NCBI GenBank assembly: GCA_951406725.2
Contig: OX597817.1
Location: 110,112,001-110,176,000, forward strand
Direction: 5' to 3'
Length of the DNA stretch: 64,000 bases
Source: Octopus vulgaris
Taxonomy: Eukaryota
Shown here: positions 1-14,181 of the stretch, in pieces
Layout: every line of letters begins with the position of its first letter
Numbering within the stretch: the stretch's first letter is position 1
Notes under the pieces: model-generated
What the model was told of the DNA's origin: nothing
Database searches by the model: none
What the model saw: the letters and a program-made list of their open reading frames with translations, nothing else
Translations under genes and position numbers: made by a program

Positions 1-199
1 AACAAGAAGGTGATAAAGATAGGGAAATAAGATTGCAGAGAAAGAAGGAAAATTATAGAAATAAAAAGTACAAGAAAGTAAAAAAGGCAAAAAAATACGA
101 TGGCAAAAAGGGAGAGAAAAAAAGTAGAATAATTAGAAAACAAGAGAGTGAAAGTGACCGAAAAATACAACTAAAAAGGAGAAAGCTTTCCAGAGAAAA

Positions 200-1708
200 T
201 CAATAGAAAATGTATGGACAATTTCAATGACAAGGTGTAGCATTTAATTATGATCCTAATTGTAATTCTGCATCTGAAAAAATTGTCTCTCTGGGCTCTC
301 TGTGCAAAACATGTGAAAAGTGTGGTGCTAGGGAGTGGGAGAAGGAACTATTAGGTATGTGTTGTTCTAAAGGTAAAGTCCTTTTACAAATAATTAAATC
401 TCCAGAACTTATAAAACATCCGCTTTTGGGTACCACTTTAGAATCAAAATACTTTCTTAAAAATATTTGAGCATACAATTGTGCTTTTCAAATGACATCA
501 TTTGGAGCAAAATTTATTAGGGAAAGTGGGTTTATGCCAACTTTTAAAGTGCACAGACAAATTTATCACAGAATTGGCTCTCTTTAGCTTTTACAGACTA
601 AAGATCCAGTTTTCACAGATATATTTAATAGGTGATGTTCAAAAAGAGACACAGTGTCGCAGCGAGAATTGTTCAGGTACAAGATTAGAACTTATTTTTA
701 AGCTGCAAGAAATGCTTCACAAAAAGAATTCTCATGTGAGAAGCTTTCAGTATGCTTTAGAATATACTTCAACTGCTGACTTTCAAGTTATCATCAATGC
801 CAACAAAAGACCAGCTGGTGAACATGTCCTTCGATTCAATGTTCCTGAGTGTAATGAAGTGGCAATTATGGTTGGAGACCAACATGGCAAATATCCCTTT
901 CTTTTTGTCACTTCCAAAAGAACTGTATCCTGTATGGATTATAATGTTCATCAATTGATGAGTCAAAGTAATTTGTTTAATCATCTTCACTATTGCCAAT
1001 ATCTTTTTCACTGGTGTGTTGTTGATATGTATGCCAAAATAGAGTCGGAGAGGTTGTGCTACATAAAACTGCACCAAAAACAACTACATTTAGAATGATA
1101 TGTGCATTTACGAGATGGCATTAACAATGATATTGCTGGGACAGAGCTTGGACAACTTTGTATTCTTCTGACCAGTTTTACAGGAAGTCCAAGATATATG
1201 CACAAGAGGACACAGGATGCCATGACTTATGTGCGTAATTATGGACATCCAGATTTTTTTCATCACTTTTACTTGCAATCGTAAAAGGAACGAAATCCAT
1301 GCTGAACTTTTTCCAGGGCAATTATACATCAACAGACATAACCAAATGGTGAAAGGGCAATACTTGCACCAAAAAATATCACTGTCAACACCATAAACAA
1401 TAAGTTATTGGACTGCATTTCAGGAAATAGACAGACTTACAAATCTATAGATTCAGTTCCAGATCCTGCAGAGACTGTCAATTATCCTGTTGAATTCTTA
1501 AATTCTTTGGAACCTTCTGGGCTTCCACCACACCAACTTCTCTTAAAGATAGGGAGCCATCATGCTACTTAACTACTACTACTGAAATTTCACTGTATTT
1601 TTTGTTGTTTTTTTAAAAATATTTACTATAAGTTAGATAAAGAGCTTTGCGATGCTACTGTTAATTCTCTGAGTCATTAAATTGGGCAACGTTGAGTATT
1701 TCAGCTAG
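200..1708 (+). mobile_element. Decayed, internally deleted Helitron (Rep/helicase fragments) with 3' CTAG terminus
   Basis: Frameshifted peptides: CEKCGA...MCCSKGKV, AYNCAFQMTSFG, FTGSPRYMH...QDAMTYVR (Helitron N/Rep), and RAILAPKN...[22 protein letters not shown] (PIF1 helicase). Ends gggcaacgttgagtatttcagCTAG|T at 1708. Confidence 0.9.
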
Positions 1709-2570
1709 TATTCAATATGTTTTTAGCACCTCATTCTTTAACACTAACAGAATAACAGCACTGTATGTTATCAAATTGCTTTATCACAATGCAATTGCTT
1801 CAGTTTCAACATTCTCAGATCAAGTCACTTACTAGATAAATGCAGTGCTGGGAAAATAGAATTATTGTCATCGTTAAAGGTTTTATACTCATTTTCTGTT
1901 TGAGCATCAGTTGAACAGGTCTGATGTGTTTCCACTAATACTGCCTCTGATTATTCTTTCCTGTCATTGCTTCCACTGCAAGATTATTATTTAAGGCTTG
2001 TCAGTGAGGATTAACCATGTATCTACGTCTTGAAAGTTTTTCTCCATGATGCAGACCCTGTGCAAGGTTTTTTTTGTTTTGTTTTGTTTTATTTATTTTT
2101 TGGGGGTTTTTTAAATGGACAATCAAATTACAATTACCCAAAACCAACAGTTACCTTCCCTCTTCATGCCATTGTTATTACAAGATAAATGCAAGGGTTG
2201 ATACAACTTCACATTACAAGTAAATTCATGACAGAAAGAGCTAGAAAATATACAAAGCATTTTGTTCAACATTCTAACAATTCTACCTATCCACCTCTCT
2301 GAACTAATATTTTGTTTTACTAATCAAGGAAGAAAAGCAGAAATGACCACAATGGTATTTGAACTCAAAATTTAAAGAGCTGAAACAAAAACTGTACAGT
2401 AGTTTGTCTGATTCTGTAACAATTCTGACAATCTTCTACCTTGATGTCAATAGAAAAATTATGTCAGTACACTTCCTTTATCACAGACACTAGTTGCTAA
2501 CTTATTAATGGCTGGGTCTTTTAGAGAAAAGAATTTATCTTCTACTTAAAAATTATCTTAATTATGCATA

Positions 2571-3216
2571 CCATATTTTCCGGTATACAAGTTGATGACA
2601 TCTGAATGGTTACATTCAGACATCACCCCTATCTTTCCAAATTCTACTGTATTTCACATGGAATCTTAGGTCTGTAGCAAGGCACAAAGAAGCCAGTGCC
2701 ATTTTGAAACAGCGAAATCTCACCTGCAACCATTGCCATACGTGAAACAAAAACGAGATCTCGCCTGCAACCATTATTTAAGGAAAAGACAACAACATTT
2801 TCCCTCTCATTCTTCTCATGCCTCGATGAGCAAGACTTCGAAGCCAGGAGCTTACAGCAGACTTTTGTCCCACTGTGATATCACATGCATTGTCTCCAGA
2901 GGTTATTGAACCTCGAGTGAGAGAAGGCTAACTACGCACTGCTGTGAAGATGGTTACTTAAAACAAACCCCTTGTATGAAGCACCTGTGAATAAACGGTT
3001 ATTGAATTTACTCTTTCTGAGAACTTCATTCTTCGTATTTCTAGCTCCTTGAATCAACAGAATAATTATAATGGAAGAAGAAGATACCCCAAAAGTATCA
3101 TAAAAACCTTCCTTCCATTATAGGTCCTCCAAAGTTGTTTTTGAGTATTAGTTGAACTACCTATTTTGGCTGTAAATTTTGATTTGGACATTTGACACGT
3201 ATGCCAGAAAATATTG
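2571..3216. mobile_element. Pogo/Tigger-like MITE interrupted by a solo LTR
   Basis: TA-flanked imperfect TIRs ccatattttccggtatac / gtatgccagaaaatattg. Confidence 0.55.
2673..3122 (+). mobile_element. Solo LTR (Gypsy-type family, related to 57402-58185)
   Basis: Starts TGTAGC, contains AATAAA, ends ccattata; flanked by 4-bp direct repeat GGTC; both ends are homologous to the element at 57402-58185. Confidence 0.75.
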
Positions 3217-5055
3217 TATTACTTATTTTATTCTTCCCCCTCTACCATGAAGCACCACTTCATAACGTTATTTAGTCAGGTCATCTTATTCACTTTAATC
3301 ACTCATATATATATTCTCCCAAAGCAGTAATCTTTCCAATGTGTAGAACCCAACACATCCAATACCCAACTATTCTTTTCCTACTCACCATCATTCAGAA
3401 ACATTTTACACATTCTGTATTGATGCTTACAAATTGGCAGCACTACACTGCACTGACCTTTAGTCTAACAGTTTCCAAGTGTAAATTGACAGGTGTAGAA
3501 CACTTGAATACCCTGCCAGTCATGTCATGGTTCTTGATTAGATTAGCAGCCATGATTAAACAGTTATATACCATTCTCAAACTGTAGAACTTGTAAACTT
3601 ACTGTAATAACTACGTCCTTGACTTATGTAGCTTCTGATGTATTCAACAGCTACAAACAGTCCTTGAAGTTATCTTCATGTATTTAGACATTTCTTGTCT
3701 TCCTTTTCACTGATGCCATTAAATATTTCTTCCTGAGATCAATAAATGGATCTCATTATGAAGAGGTGTGGAGGGGTTTTTGGTTTTCTTTTGCTACTGA
3801 TTATTCAAAAGATGTATAGATATTTTATGTATTGAGTTCAGCTAACATACAATCCAGCTTCTCAGGTGATGTTTTCTCTTTTTTACCTGCTGTAAATGGA
3901 TTATCTGTTTTAGCTCATTCTGTGAGTCTGCTATTAGACAAAAGAAACTAACAGAATAAAGAAAATTTATTTTAACAATACGGAAAAGGAATTTCTTTTT
4001 TTAAATGCTATGTCATTGCTATTTTTCTGATTGCTGCTGGCTTATTGAAAAGTAAAATGAGAAATGAACACCATGTTTTGAGTTTAAATTAATTAACATA
4101 ATAATGTTAGCTTATGAGAAAATAATCAGAGGAGAGAAATGCAAGTAGTAAAAGTAGACATTCATAATAAGACACAAATATGAAGATTTATTAAATAAAT
4201 CTAAGAACAGGCTGATTCAGTAAATATTTGAAAACTCCAAGTAGGTGTTTTATAAAATAGGTTTTATGATGTATATATTATTCTTCTTAGGTTGAATTTG
4301 ATTTTATAAAGCAGATATAATTTACATATACTGGCATTATTTACCCATTTTCTTGTTAGCATTTCAATAATTTATTGTCAAATTAGGAAGGACATCCAGC
4401 TATAGAAACTGTAACGAAACTGAAACTAGAGCAAGATGTAGTTTTTCAGCTCTTCAACCTGTTAACCTGTTCAACTCATGCCAGTATGAAAAGTAGATGT
4501 AATAATAATAATAATAATAATGACGACGACGATGGTGATGACAACAATAAAATTACCAACGCAATTCAATTTTGTTTACAAGTTAAATGAAATAGATAGT
4601 ATATTTGTTAATTCAAAAAGATGATTCTTTTTGTTTATAAATGTACATCTTTTCACTATTTTCTACTGTTTCTGGCAAATATTCGTGGCTGTTGATAAGG
4701 TTCAATTTATTAAATTGCTTTTGACAATAAGAACATTGTATAATGGAAATTTGTTAAGTTAGTTTGCAATTTCTTAAACTACAATCCTCCTGAAGGGTAA
4801 CATGGAGAAAATAGATACCTACCTCTGTGAGAAAACTGTATTTCAACTGTATTCTTAGTGACTTAGGATTTAGGATTAATTCTAATACATCATATTATTG
4901 GGCACCTTATACTGATTGTCATTTAAAAGAAAAAGATGTCAGCTGGTGATAAAAGAGACAGCAGTCTTTCTATTGCTAATCTATAAAATGACATCTCCAA
5001 TATAAGATCAGCATATGTCACAGTCACATATGTTTTATAGTTATGTATATATCAT

Positions 5056-6283
5056 AAAAACCCATGTAATTTATGCACTTTTTTCGCAAAAATAGCAATA
5101 AACTTTAGTGGGTGCGTAAATTACATGAGTAGATTGTTTCCAGAATTTTGGGGGAAATTTTTATTGCTGATAAAAAACATACAAAACATAAACATTCAAG
5201 CCAGAAGTTGACTCATTTAATGTCAGAATAGATTTTTACAGAAAAAAATAATGGCTTAAATATAAAATGCTTACTTTCTCTGTATAAATTTACTAAAACC
5301 ATTAAATGGTTAACTACTTTTTGAAGTCTGATGTTCATGCTGGTAAACACGGTCAGGACCATTGCTTGGAGTTTCTACCTATTGCAATGGAGCACCATTG
5401 ACATACATAGTGATATGGATATTCCTGACTGAAAAAAAATGTAATGATATGGATAATCTTGATTGTATGTTTTTAATTTTGTCTGTTTATTACTAGGCAC
5501 AATTTTAAGTTTGTCGAACTGCTTACACCAATTTCGAATATTGGCTTCATTAACATTCAAATACCTCCCGGCAGCTCTATTGCCACATTCAAATGCATAT
5601 TCAACATAATTAATTTCTCCTTCGCAGTAAACAATTCATAAGTTCTGCCCATACTGAAAACAACAGTAATGACAAATTTTTAAGTTTGCTTGACATTGTA
5701 TAGGTGTGAAAGGGATTAAAACTTCGATACTCCATATCAAAGGTCCTGACAAGAATAGGCAGAAGAGAATTCTGTTTACATAATCAGTTTGATCAGTCAC
5801 CTTCCTCTGTCGGTTGAGTAAGGTGTCATCTAAGCTGATGTTTATTGGTAATTAAACTTAATTTGCAACACCTGTCATATTTATCAGCTTTTGTTTTTGT
5901 TGGTAATTCTTATCAACAACTTTTCATGTGATCATGATTTAAGACATACAGCAGTATGCTAAAGATCAGACATAATCTCTTGTGGGCAAGAAATGTAAAA
6001 TAAAGTTTATTATAAACAATGCAAACACTTTGTAATTTAATAGCTTTCAGTGTGATACCTGTAAAACAAATTATTTTTATTTAATGAAAATTTAATAAGA
6101 TCTAATCATAAGTAAGTGAAATTATGCTAAATACAACTAAATTGAAAACCTCTTTCCCCTGGCTATATTGGAAATTCTGAAAACTTTCGGGTGTGAATTT
6201 TACATGAGTAGAAGCCTTTTTTAACAAATTTTATCCTGAAAATCACCTGTGTAAATTACACAGGTGTGCAAATTATATGGGTA
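5056..6283 (-). mobile_element. Pogo-family DNA transposon remnant with Brinker-type DNA-binding domain
   Basis: Imperfect TIRs acccatgtaatttatgcac / gtgcaaattatatgggt. The minus strand at ~5480-5652 encodes frameshifted FTAKEKL..VEYAFECGNRAAGRYLNVNEANIRNWCKQ, like the POGK BrkDBD. Confidence 0.7.
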
Positions 6284-7439
6284 CATTGAGGAGATACTTA
6301 AATTACTTTTAGATGAAACAACTTGATAAGGTGGTACAGTTGCTTACACCAAGTAAATTTTTTTATGACTTACATCCAAGAGGAAATGATATGAGCACTG
6401 GGAGCTCATATCTTTTTATAGTATCTCCAAGAAAGAGGTGAAGAAACCTCAGCCTATGGGTTATTGCAGCAAGAAGCAGTGCATTTGTTCCAGTTCTTTG
6501 CATTTTGAGTTCTTGTTTCGCATACTTATTCCACTTTAACACCAACACCTGGTTCTTGAGTGACTTTAGCAAAGCTCACTTTGTTTTAAGCATTTAAGTC
6601 ATGTTTCCAGTTTGATGATAACTTCCTCTCTTTCTCCCTTAAATCTCAGAGAATCTGAAAAAATATAAGTTCATGAGTGCTGCCTTATGTTTTTGAATAA
6701 ACATTTTTAGAAAAAAGGTACACAAGAGGAAGAAAAAATTATGATTAGTATTACATAAATAAATAAGGAAACTGACCCAGTTAGAATGTTTGGTTTTAAG
6801 TGAGAAATAAATTCTGTTTTTAGTGGAATTGGTCAACATAACTAATGGAATTAGCACAAACTCAGCAAAAACCAAAGTACCAATTAGCAACGAAAGTATT
6901 TTTCCTTTGCCTGTTCCTTTCTATTCAACCATATTCAAACCACTACTGCATGAAGTCATGATATGCTCTGACCAGCTTATCTGTGCTGTTTGTGGGCTTT
7001 ACCTGTCAAACGCTGGCCCATTGCTGGTTGGATGGATGTCCCATGGTGTGATGCAAACCAATAAAAAGCCTCTTTCTCTCTCTCTCCCTGTCTGTCAGTC
7101 TCTCTATCTATCTTTCTTTTTATCTCTTTCTTTTTATCTCTTTCTCTCTCTCCCTATTCGTCTCTCTGTCTTTCTTTCTGTCTGTCTCTCTCCCTCCCCC
7201 TCACACACATATATACACACACACATACACACATTCATATTTTTGTATGCATGTATGAACATTGTTTACATGTACCCTCATTAACTTGAGCTTAAGTTTA
7301 TTTGCATACATTATCTAGCTTCATTATTTTCAATATATGAGGGGTAGTAGAATAAAAATACCTTACTTGGAAAATGGTTAAGAATTGACAACATGAAGAG
7401 CATATATCCAAAGAAAATCTACTTTAACAAGTTTCATCT

Positions 7440-7695
7440 CTTCTTCTTCTTCTTGTCTTGAGACAACATTCACCCGGGTGGGTTGAGCTGGCTTCATTCA
7501 TCCTCAATGCTGCATCTCTCACAAACGCTGACCAGGCCTGGCGATTTGAGGCTAACGACTGTGTGATCTCCAACCACTCCTTATTCCAGTGGCGAACGCC
7601 ATAGATATGGGAGCCTAGGTTGGGTTCCAGCCTTGACTGTCATCAGCCAGGTTTTTCATTGTCCACCACATTGCTTTTGCCAACCCTGTACATTT
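7440..7695 (-). mobile_element. RTE-type LINE 3' end fragment
   Basis: Minus strand encodes KTWLMTVK...WLEITQSLASNRQAWSAFVRDA, followed by a (GAA)n tail. Confidence 0.55.
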
Positions 7696-8179
7696 CTCAT
7701 GTACATCTCACCCTCACCAAGTTTCATCTAATCCATACCAACCTGACAAATGGATATAAAAACAATGATGTTGTTGATGTTGATGATAATGACTTTTTAA
7801 TAGTCACTATACACAAAAGAATTTCATGTTGTGCATTTCTTTTTCCTTTTCCTTTGTTATTTTTTTCTTTTATTTCGACTTGTAACAAAAGTTGGTGTGC
7901 ACTGAAAGCTTGTGCAAATGAGAACTTGAAATAAATTAATTATTCATTGCTATATTATTTTAGGTAACTACTAATTAATGTGCTCATTAATTTCTTCTGT
8001 TTGCTCATTGCAAAATATGAGTGTACATGAATATGTGCACAGTTTAGAGGAGAACAGTGGAATGAAGATGCAAGTTAGCAGTCTGATACAGAACAGTATG
8101 GGTTGAAATTGCCTTTAGTATTGGATAATATGATATAAAATAGTGCACATGGCATGACATGGAACTATTGTATAGTTTT

Positions 8180-8800
8180 AGTATCTTTTATCTTTTACCT
8201 ATTTCAGTCATTAGACTGTGGCCATGCTGGGGCACCACCTTGAATTTTTAGTCGAATGAATCAACCCCAGTACTTATTGGTTAAACCTGGTACTTATTCT
8301 ATCAGTCTCTTTTGCCAAATCGCTAAGTTACGGAGACATAAACCACCAATGTCAGTTGTCAAATGGTGATTGGGGGACAAACACACACACACGCATATAT
8401 ATATATATATATTCAGTATGTGACTGCATGTGTATCATTGGCGATATGTGACCACATGTGTATCATTGACGATTTTTTTTCCTCCGTCTTCCCTTCCTTG
8501 GATCTTTCCTTCTTCTATGTTTCTGATGAAGAGCTTCACTCGAAACGTTAAATCCTCCTTCTTCCTTTACTTTCTTAAGCGTCCAATAACTCTATACTTG
8601 TTCCACATCCTCGCGTTTGGATTAACTATATATATATATACAACGGGCTTCTTCCAGTTTCCATCCACTAAATCCACTCACAAGGCTTTGGCTGGCCTGA
8701 GGCTGTAGTAGAAGACACTTGCCTGAGATGCCACACAGTGGAACTGCACCCAGAATGATGTGGTTGGGAAGCAAGCTCTTACCACACAGCCATTCCACTA
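8180..8800 (-). mobile_element. Abundant SINE (family as 18180-18590), interrupted by a Penelope-like terminal fragment at ~8420-8620
   Basis: Reverse complement of the 18180 element; the insert contains ctgatgaagag...cgaaacgt, typical of Penelope ends. Confidence 0.7.
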
Positions 8801-8896
8801 ACAGTAACATGAAGTATATTTTAGAAGCTTTAATTTAACTACAACACACTATTTCACCATGGTATAGTGATATGTATATATATGTGTGTGTGTGTG

Positions 8897-9205
8897 AAGG
8901 CACAATGGCCCAGTGGTTAGGGCAACAGACTTGCGGTCATAGGATCGCAGTTTCGATTCCCGGACCAGGCGTTGTGAGTATTTATTGAGCGAAAACACCT
9001 AAAGCTTCACGAGGCTCCGGTAGGGGGTGGTGGCGATCCCTGCTGTACTCTTTTGCCACAACTATCTCTCACTCTTTCTTCTGTTGGCCTGCTTGCTTAG
9101 CCAGTAGGGTGGCATCATTTGAAGGCTAAAACAATGCGAAGGGCATTGTGACCAGCAATGTGTAGCAACATCTGATAGTCTGGTCAGTCACAGTGATCAC
9201 GGTGA
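8897..9205 (+). mobile_element. tRNA-derived SINE (second family)
   Basis: A box TGGCCCAGTGG and B box GTTTCGATTCC; related heads at ~45030, ~50019 and ~51215. Confidence 0.7.
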
Positions 9206-11419
9206 TATATATATATATATATATATATATACTTTTTTCCTTTTTATGTGTTTAAAAACCCTTCAAGGTGATGCCCCAGCAATGCCACATTCATGCTGAA
9301 GCACTACCTTGAAGGTTTTTAATCAAACAAATCACCCCAGGACTTATTTCTTAAGCTTAGTACTTATTCTATCACTCCCCTTTGCCAAACTGCTAAGTTA
9401 CAGGGACGTAAACACACCAACACCAGTTGTCAAGTGGTGATGGGGGGATAAACACAGACGCAAAGACACACACACATATATACATATATATATGAGTGAC
9501 AGGCTTCTTTCAGTTTCCTTCTACCAAATCCACTCATATGGCTTTATACATACACACACACACACATACACAGGGCGCTCTATCATGCAGAATAGTATGG
9601 TATAGAAATAATACAATCATTGTATGATACAGTATGAATTTGAGCTATAGTCTGGGATAATACGATATAGAATTGCAATATGATACATGCTGTAATACAG
9701 TAATATTAATGTATTTTAATCTGGTATGGAGTATGCATAATAATCACTACACATATGTAAAATAGTAATGATTATGCATTCCACATGAGTCTAACATACT
9801 TGATACATTGAGTCAAAAAAAAAAACACATTGTTTACCTAATTAAAATAGCAAAAGAACAATAATTAGCTTCAATGATTAAATACTTTTCATGAAAGGCA
9901 TAGAAGACAACTCCAATATCTAAATTAATTAAAAATTGTAAGAGGTGAGGCATGTAGTAGAGAGTGATTCTACCAATGATTTGGTAATGTTACATATTTA
10001 AATAATCTAATATGGTTTTGCCCCAATTTATTGGTAACGTCTATCATCAACAACTTGTTTATTGCACATTCAAGTAATTCTTTTTAAATTATTATATAAT
10101 TTCTTGTTATATTTCAGGATAGTCATTTTTCTTTTCTTTTCTTTTTTTGCCAAATAAACACATGCACTATATATAAATAAACAGTAAATAGAGAGAACAG
10201 ATCCTAAAATAATCTGAATGTCAATCATGGGCAATGATATGCCAAGACAGCAATCAGGGATAAATAGAGAAAATTCATTCATAACATTTCATATTCTATG
10301 GCAAGCATAGATAATGATTAAAGAAAAAATGTTTCAGTCACGGGACTATGTTGGGGTAAGAATTTTAGTTGATCATGTTAACCCCAATATTTACTTATAT
10401 TATCAATATCTATTTGCTGAGCTGTTAGGTTATAGCACACAGCATAAACACAAACGCATAAATATACACATGTGTAAAGACACACATACATACATACATA
10501 CATACACACACACATACACACACACACACATATATATAGATACATAAATATATTTATACACACATACACACTAACACATCACGCATGTATATTAAAATCT
10601 CCATCTACTTTACCATGCATGCCTGGGTCAAACATAATTCATTGAGGCTGATTTTCTTTAGCTTTTCTTGTTGCCAACACTCACTTCCTTCCAAGCAAAG
10701 TAATATTTTTCATTAGTCTGAACAAGTTTTCATAGGAAATCGCAAATAGGCCTCCTTTCAGTTTCACTCACCAAATTCACTCACAAAGCCCTGGTTAGCT
10801 TGGGACCAGAGCAGAAGACACTTGCTCAAGTTGCCATGCAGGGCAACTGAACCCAAAACTATGTGGATGTACAGTAAGCTTCCCCAACCACACTACCAGG
10901 TCTATGTTTGATATATGATTTTGACATGTGTGTGTGTGTGTACACACATATAATGGGCTTCAGCACAGGCGTCATCCACTTAAAAGACATTTGTCAATTC
11001 ATGGCTAACACATTGTGGAATTGAGCCTGTAACAGTGTTGTTGTGAAGCAAAACAATTAATGACATAGCTATACCTGATCCTGACCTGGAATTATATTAA
11101 TGTGTTCTATGTGAAATGCAATCGTCTTCTACTCTTGGAGCCAATATATACTCATGAATATATACACCTGACTTTGAACATAAAAGTGTTGTAACACAGT
11201 AGTCAATGATTCAACAAGTAATGAATAATAAAAGCAAACTGTCATCTGTCTTCTAGACATTTATTGTTTTTACAATAAAATACGAATTTGTAATGTTTAT
11301 AGCTATTGTAATTAGTAAATTAAAACCGGAACAGAAACTTGATTTACTTCTACTTTATTTTTCTTCTCATGTTTCTTTAATAAAGATTTTTTACCTTTTT
11401 AGCATATTGTGCTTTGTAA

Positions 11420-11625
11420 ATAAGGCAAAGATAATCACTTAGATGTATTGATGAGGTATTTTTATTTTTTGTTAATTAGCTGAAGACAGTCACTTAAATA
11501 TTTTGACAAAGATTATGTACTCTATAAAAAAAGGTGAAGATAGTCACTTAGCTACTGTGACTCAGTAAATGTACCTGATAAATAAGATGAATAAGTCCTC
11601 AGATACTTTGATTAGATATACCTGT
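11420..11625. repeat. Degenerate ~54-bp tandem repeat, about 4 units
   Basis: Core ga(t/c)a(a/g)tcactta recurs at 11430, 11485 and 11539, with a degenerate fourth copy at ~11592. Confidence 0.6.
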
Positions 11626-12861
11626 TTGTTCATTTTATATCTATTTGTAGGACCGGTGGAAATTCCATGTAATGGAAAAACATTAAGAGGACCTATTTAA
11701 GAAAAAAAAGGATGATTTGCATTTTTATAGCTTTCATAGTTTAGTTTTCTATTAAATATACTTCACATTTGTCTACATTCATTTCCTCACATCTCTGCCA
11801 TTGTCTATTTTCTCTTTTTATTATATCTTCTCACTGTTCTTCTCTGGTCTGTGCTCTATATCTGTGCATCCTTTCTTAGGCAGCTTGCAACTGTGTTTCT
11901 TGTGAATCCAGAGTTTAAGCTAAATTAACCTTTATAAACAAATATCAGTTTTTTAAGTGACCAGGCAATATATAATTGCACTTATGAACTGCGATGGTTA
12001 CTACAAAAAACATTGGTTCAATAAAAAATATATTTTTCAATATCAACACATCACCACCACCACTGCTATCTGCCCCCCTCTCTCTCTCTCTCTCTCAATA
12101 TAACTGCCTCCTCTGTTCATTTCTCTCTATCTACATTTCACTTCAGCTAACTCTTTAACCACATAATAAGTATTACTTCCCCACCCTACCCCACCACATT
12201 TCATTAACATTTCTCTCTCCCTCTTTTTCTCTCATTCTTTGCCTCTACTTTCAGCTGACCACGTGATCATTTGACCTAAGTGTATTAATATTAATAACCT
12301 TTCTCTAATTCTTCCTCTTTTCTTCTTTCTTCATCCCTCCCTCCCTCTCTCTCTCACTCCACCTCTTACTCACTCCACCTCCACCTCTCTAACTGATGTA
12401 TAACAGGCAAACAAACAAGCAGATTATTATATAGATTTTCCTATGCTAGCATAGGCTTAACAAATACATATTTCCAAGGTGTTATTTTTACAGTCAGAAG
12501 CCCTTCCTACCGCTAACCCTTACCTATTTTCCAAATAATTGAGTTTCCATTCACTAGTTTTCAAAAGTACAGAATGTAAACATTCCCAAAGAGACATTCA
12601 TATACATAAACATATGCATTGACAGGCACACACACACACACAGAAAAAATGGATTTTGTACATTTTTTAGCCAGTCAAATTCACTCATAAGCATTGGTTA
12701 GCCTAGGGCTATAAAAGAAGACACTTGTCCAAGATGCTGCACCATTGGTCTGAACCCAAAACTGCTTTGTTGCAAAGTGAAGTTCTAAACCACACTGTCT
12801 GTAAATAATAGGAAAATAGTCACAGTTGTTTTGATGAAGTATTTCAACTTAATAAATTAGA

Positions 12862-13316
12862 CTAGCTATTTTGACCCGTGCTTCGCTAGGGTTTTGGTGG
12901 TGGTGTTGTTTTGTGCGTGTTGTCTCCTTTTCCCTTTCTTCTTTTGTTCGTTTTCTTTGCCTGGTTCTTTTTATTGCCCTCTTCTTTACCCCCATTTCCA
13001 AAATGCCTCAAATTTTTACACCCACAATTAAAGATAACCGCCTCTAGCCCCTGCAGCAACATGAAAAGCCACCATTATTCAAGCAGCACAACCTGTCTAT
13101 CCCATAAAACTCAATTTTTCCCATATTCCTCACCATGGCAACCAAACGGTAGCCTCGAGCGATTTGCAACCCTCCTCACACCATTGCCCACCCCATTTTA
13201 CCACTCAGTGTAAATTTTGGCGCCGATCCGACCCCATCTACCTTTCCCATCCCAAAATGAGACAAATAACCAAGAAATCAAACAACTTTTTCGCATTTCA
13301 GCTTTATAGATATTGA
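12862..13316 (-). mobile_element. Complete non-autonomous Helitron
   Basis: On the minus strand it begins TCAATATCTATAAAGCTG and ends ...gcgaagcacgggtcaaaatagCTAG with an imperfect subterminal hairpin; inserted between A and T with no TSD. Confidence 0.8.
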
Positions 13317-14181
13317 TGGTGACAATTAGTTTAAATCAGTAAGTTTATTACAAAGTACATTGATACTAGAAAACCCCTCATTGGATTTGAACTCAGAACA
13401 GGACAGTACTAATCTAGTCACAGTTTTGTTTTTTGTGCCCCAAACTACTATTTACTTGGCTAACACCACCCTATTTTTTTTTATGCCACAATTATTGAAC
13501 CTAATAAAAATGAAAAGTAGAGAATCCATTCTAAAATGTAGAGCAATGATAATTATCTCACAAACAACCATAAAAACGTGTTTTCACATGAGTTTCTTCT
13601 CATCTATATCAGAGTATGGATTGTTCCATTCTTAATAAGCTGTTTTCATATGTGAGGTAGCAGGAGGGGGAGCACAGCATACTGGATTTCCAATCCTTTG
13701 CTGTATTCATAAAAGAGTAATAGAAAATTAATTAATTAGGATGCAGCTATTATTTAGTGTAGTTTAAATTAATCATTCACATGTTTTAGCTAAGGTTTGT
13801 ACAATTGTTGAATTATGAGTGTTTTTGCTTGAAAATAAAATTGAACTACCTGAATATTTTTAACTTATTGATTCTAATCTACTTGGTAGCTAAGAGCTGA
13901 CGGCATAAAATTAAGTTGTCAATAAAGTCACAACTTTTATCGCTAAAGGTGATATGTCTTACTTTGTAACACATTTTGCCAGCTGTCCTCACCATTACTA
14001 CAATAAGACTGTAATCTTCAGGCCAATAAAATATATGGGCAGTATAAAGTGGTAGAATACACTCAAGTAAATTGGATGTTTTGCTGAAAGAAATAACATT
14101 GATGCAATGAAAGCATGAATTGTGAGAAAAAGATATTTTGTTGGCTAATTTTTTTCCTATCTTTTCTCTTTATAACTGCAG

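Noticed and set aside
502-1284. 198-aa and 60-aa ORFs as a functional gene
   Set aside because: They are frameshifted, deleted Helitron Rep/helicase fragments.
6823-7284. 153-aa hydrophobic ORF
   Set aside because: The C-terminal half is (CT)n/(CA)n microsatellite translation.
8897-8975. tRNA gene
   Set aside because: A and B boxes are present, but it continues into a repeated SINE body and I could not build a convincing cloverleaf.
11420-11625. CRISPR-like array
   Set aside because: Eukaryotic context, degenerate units, spacers similar to each other, and no cas genes.
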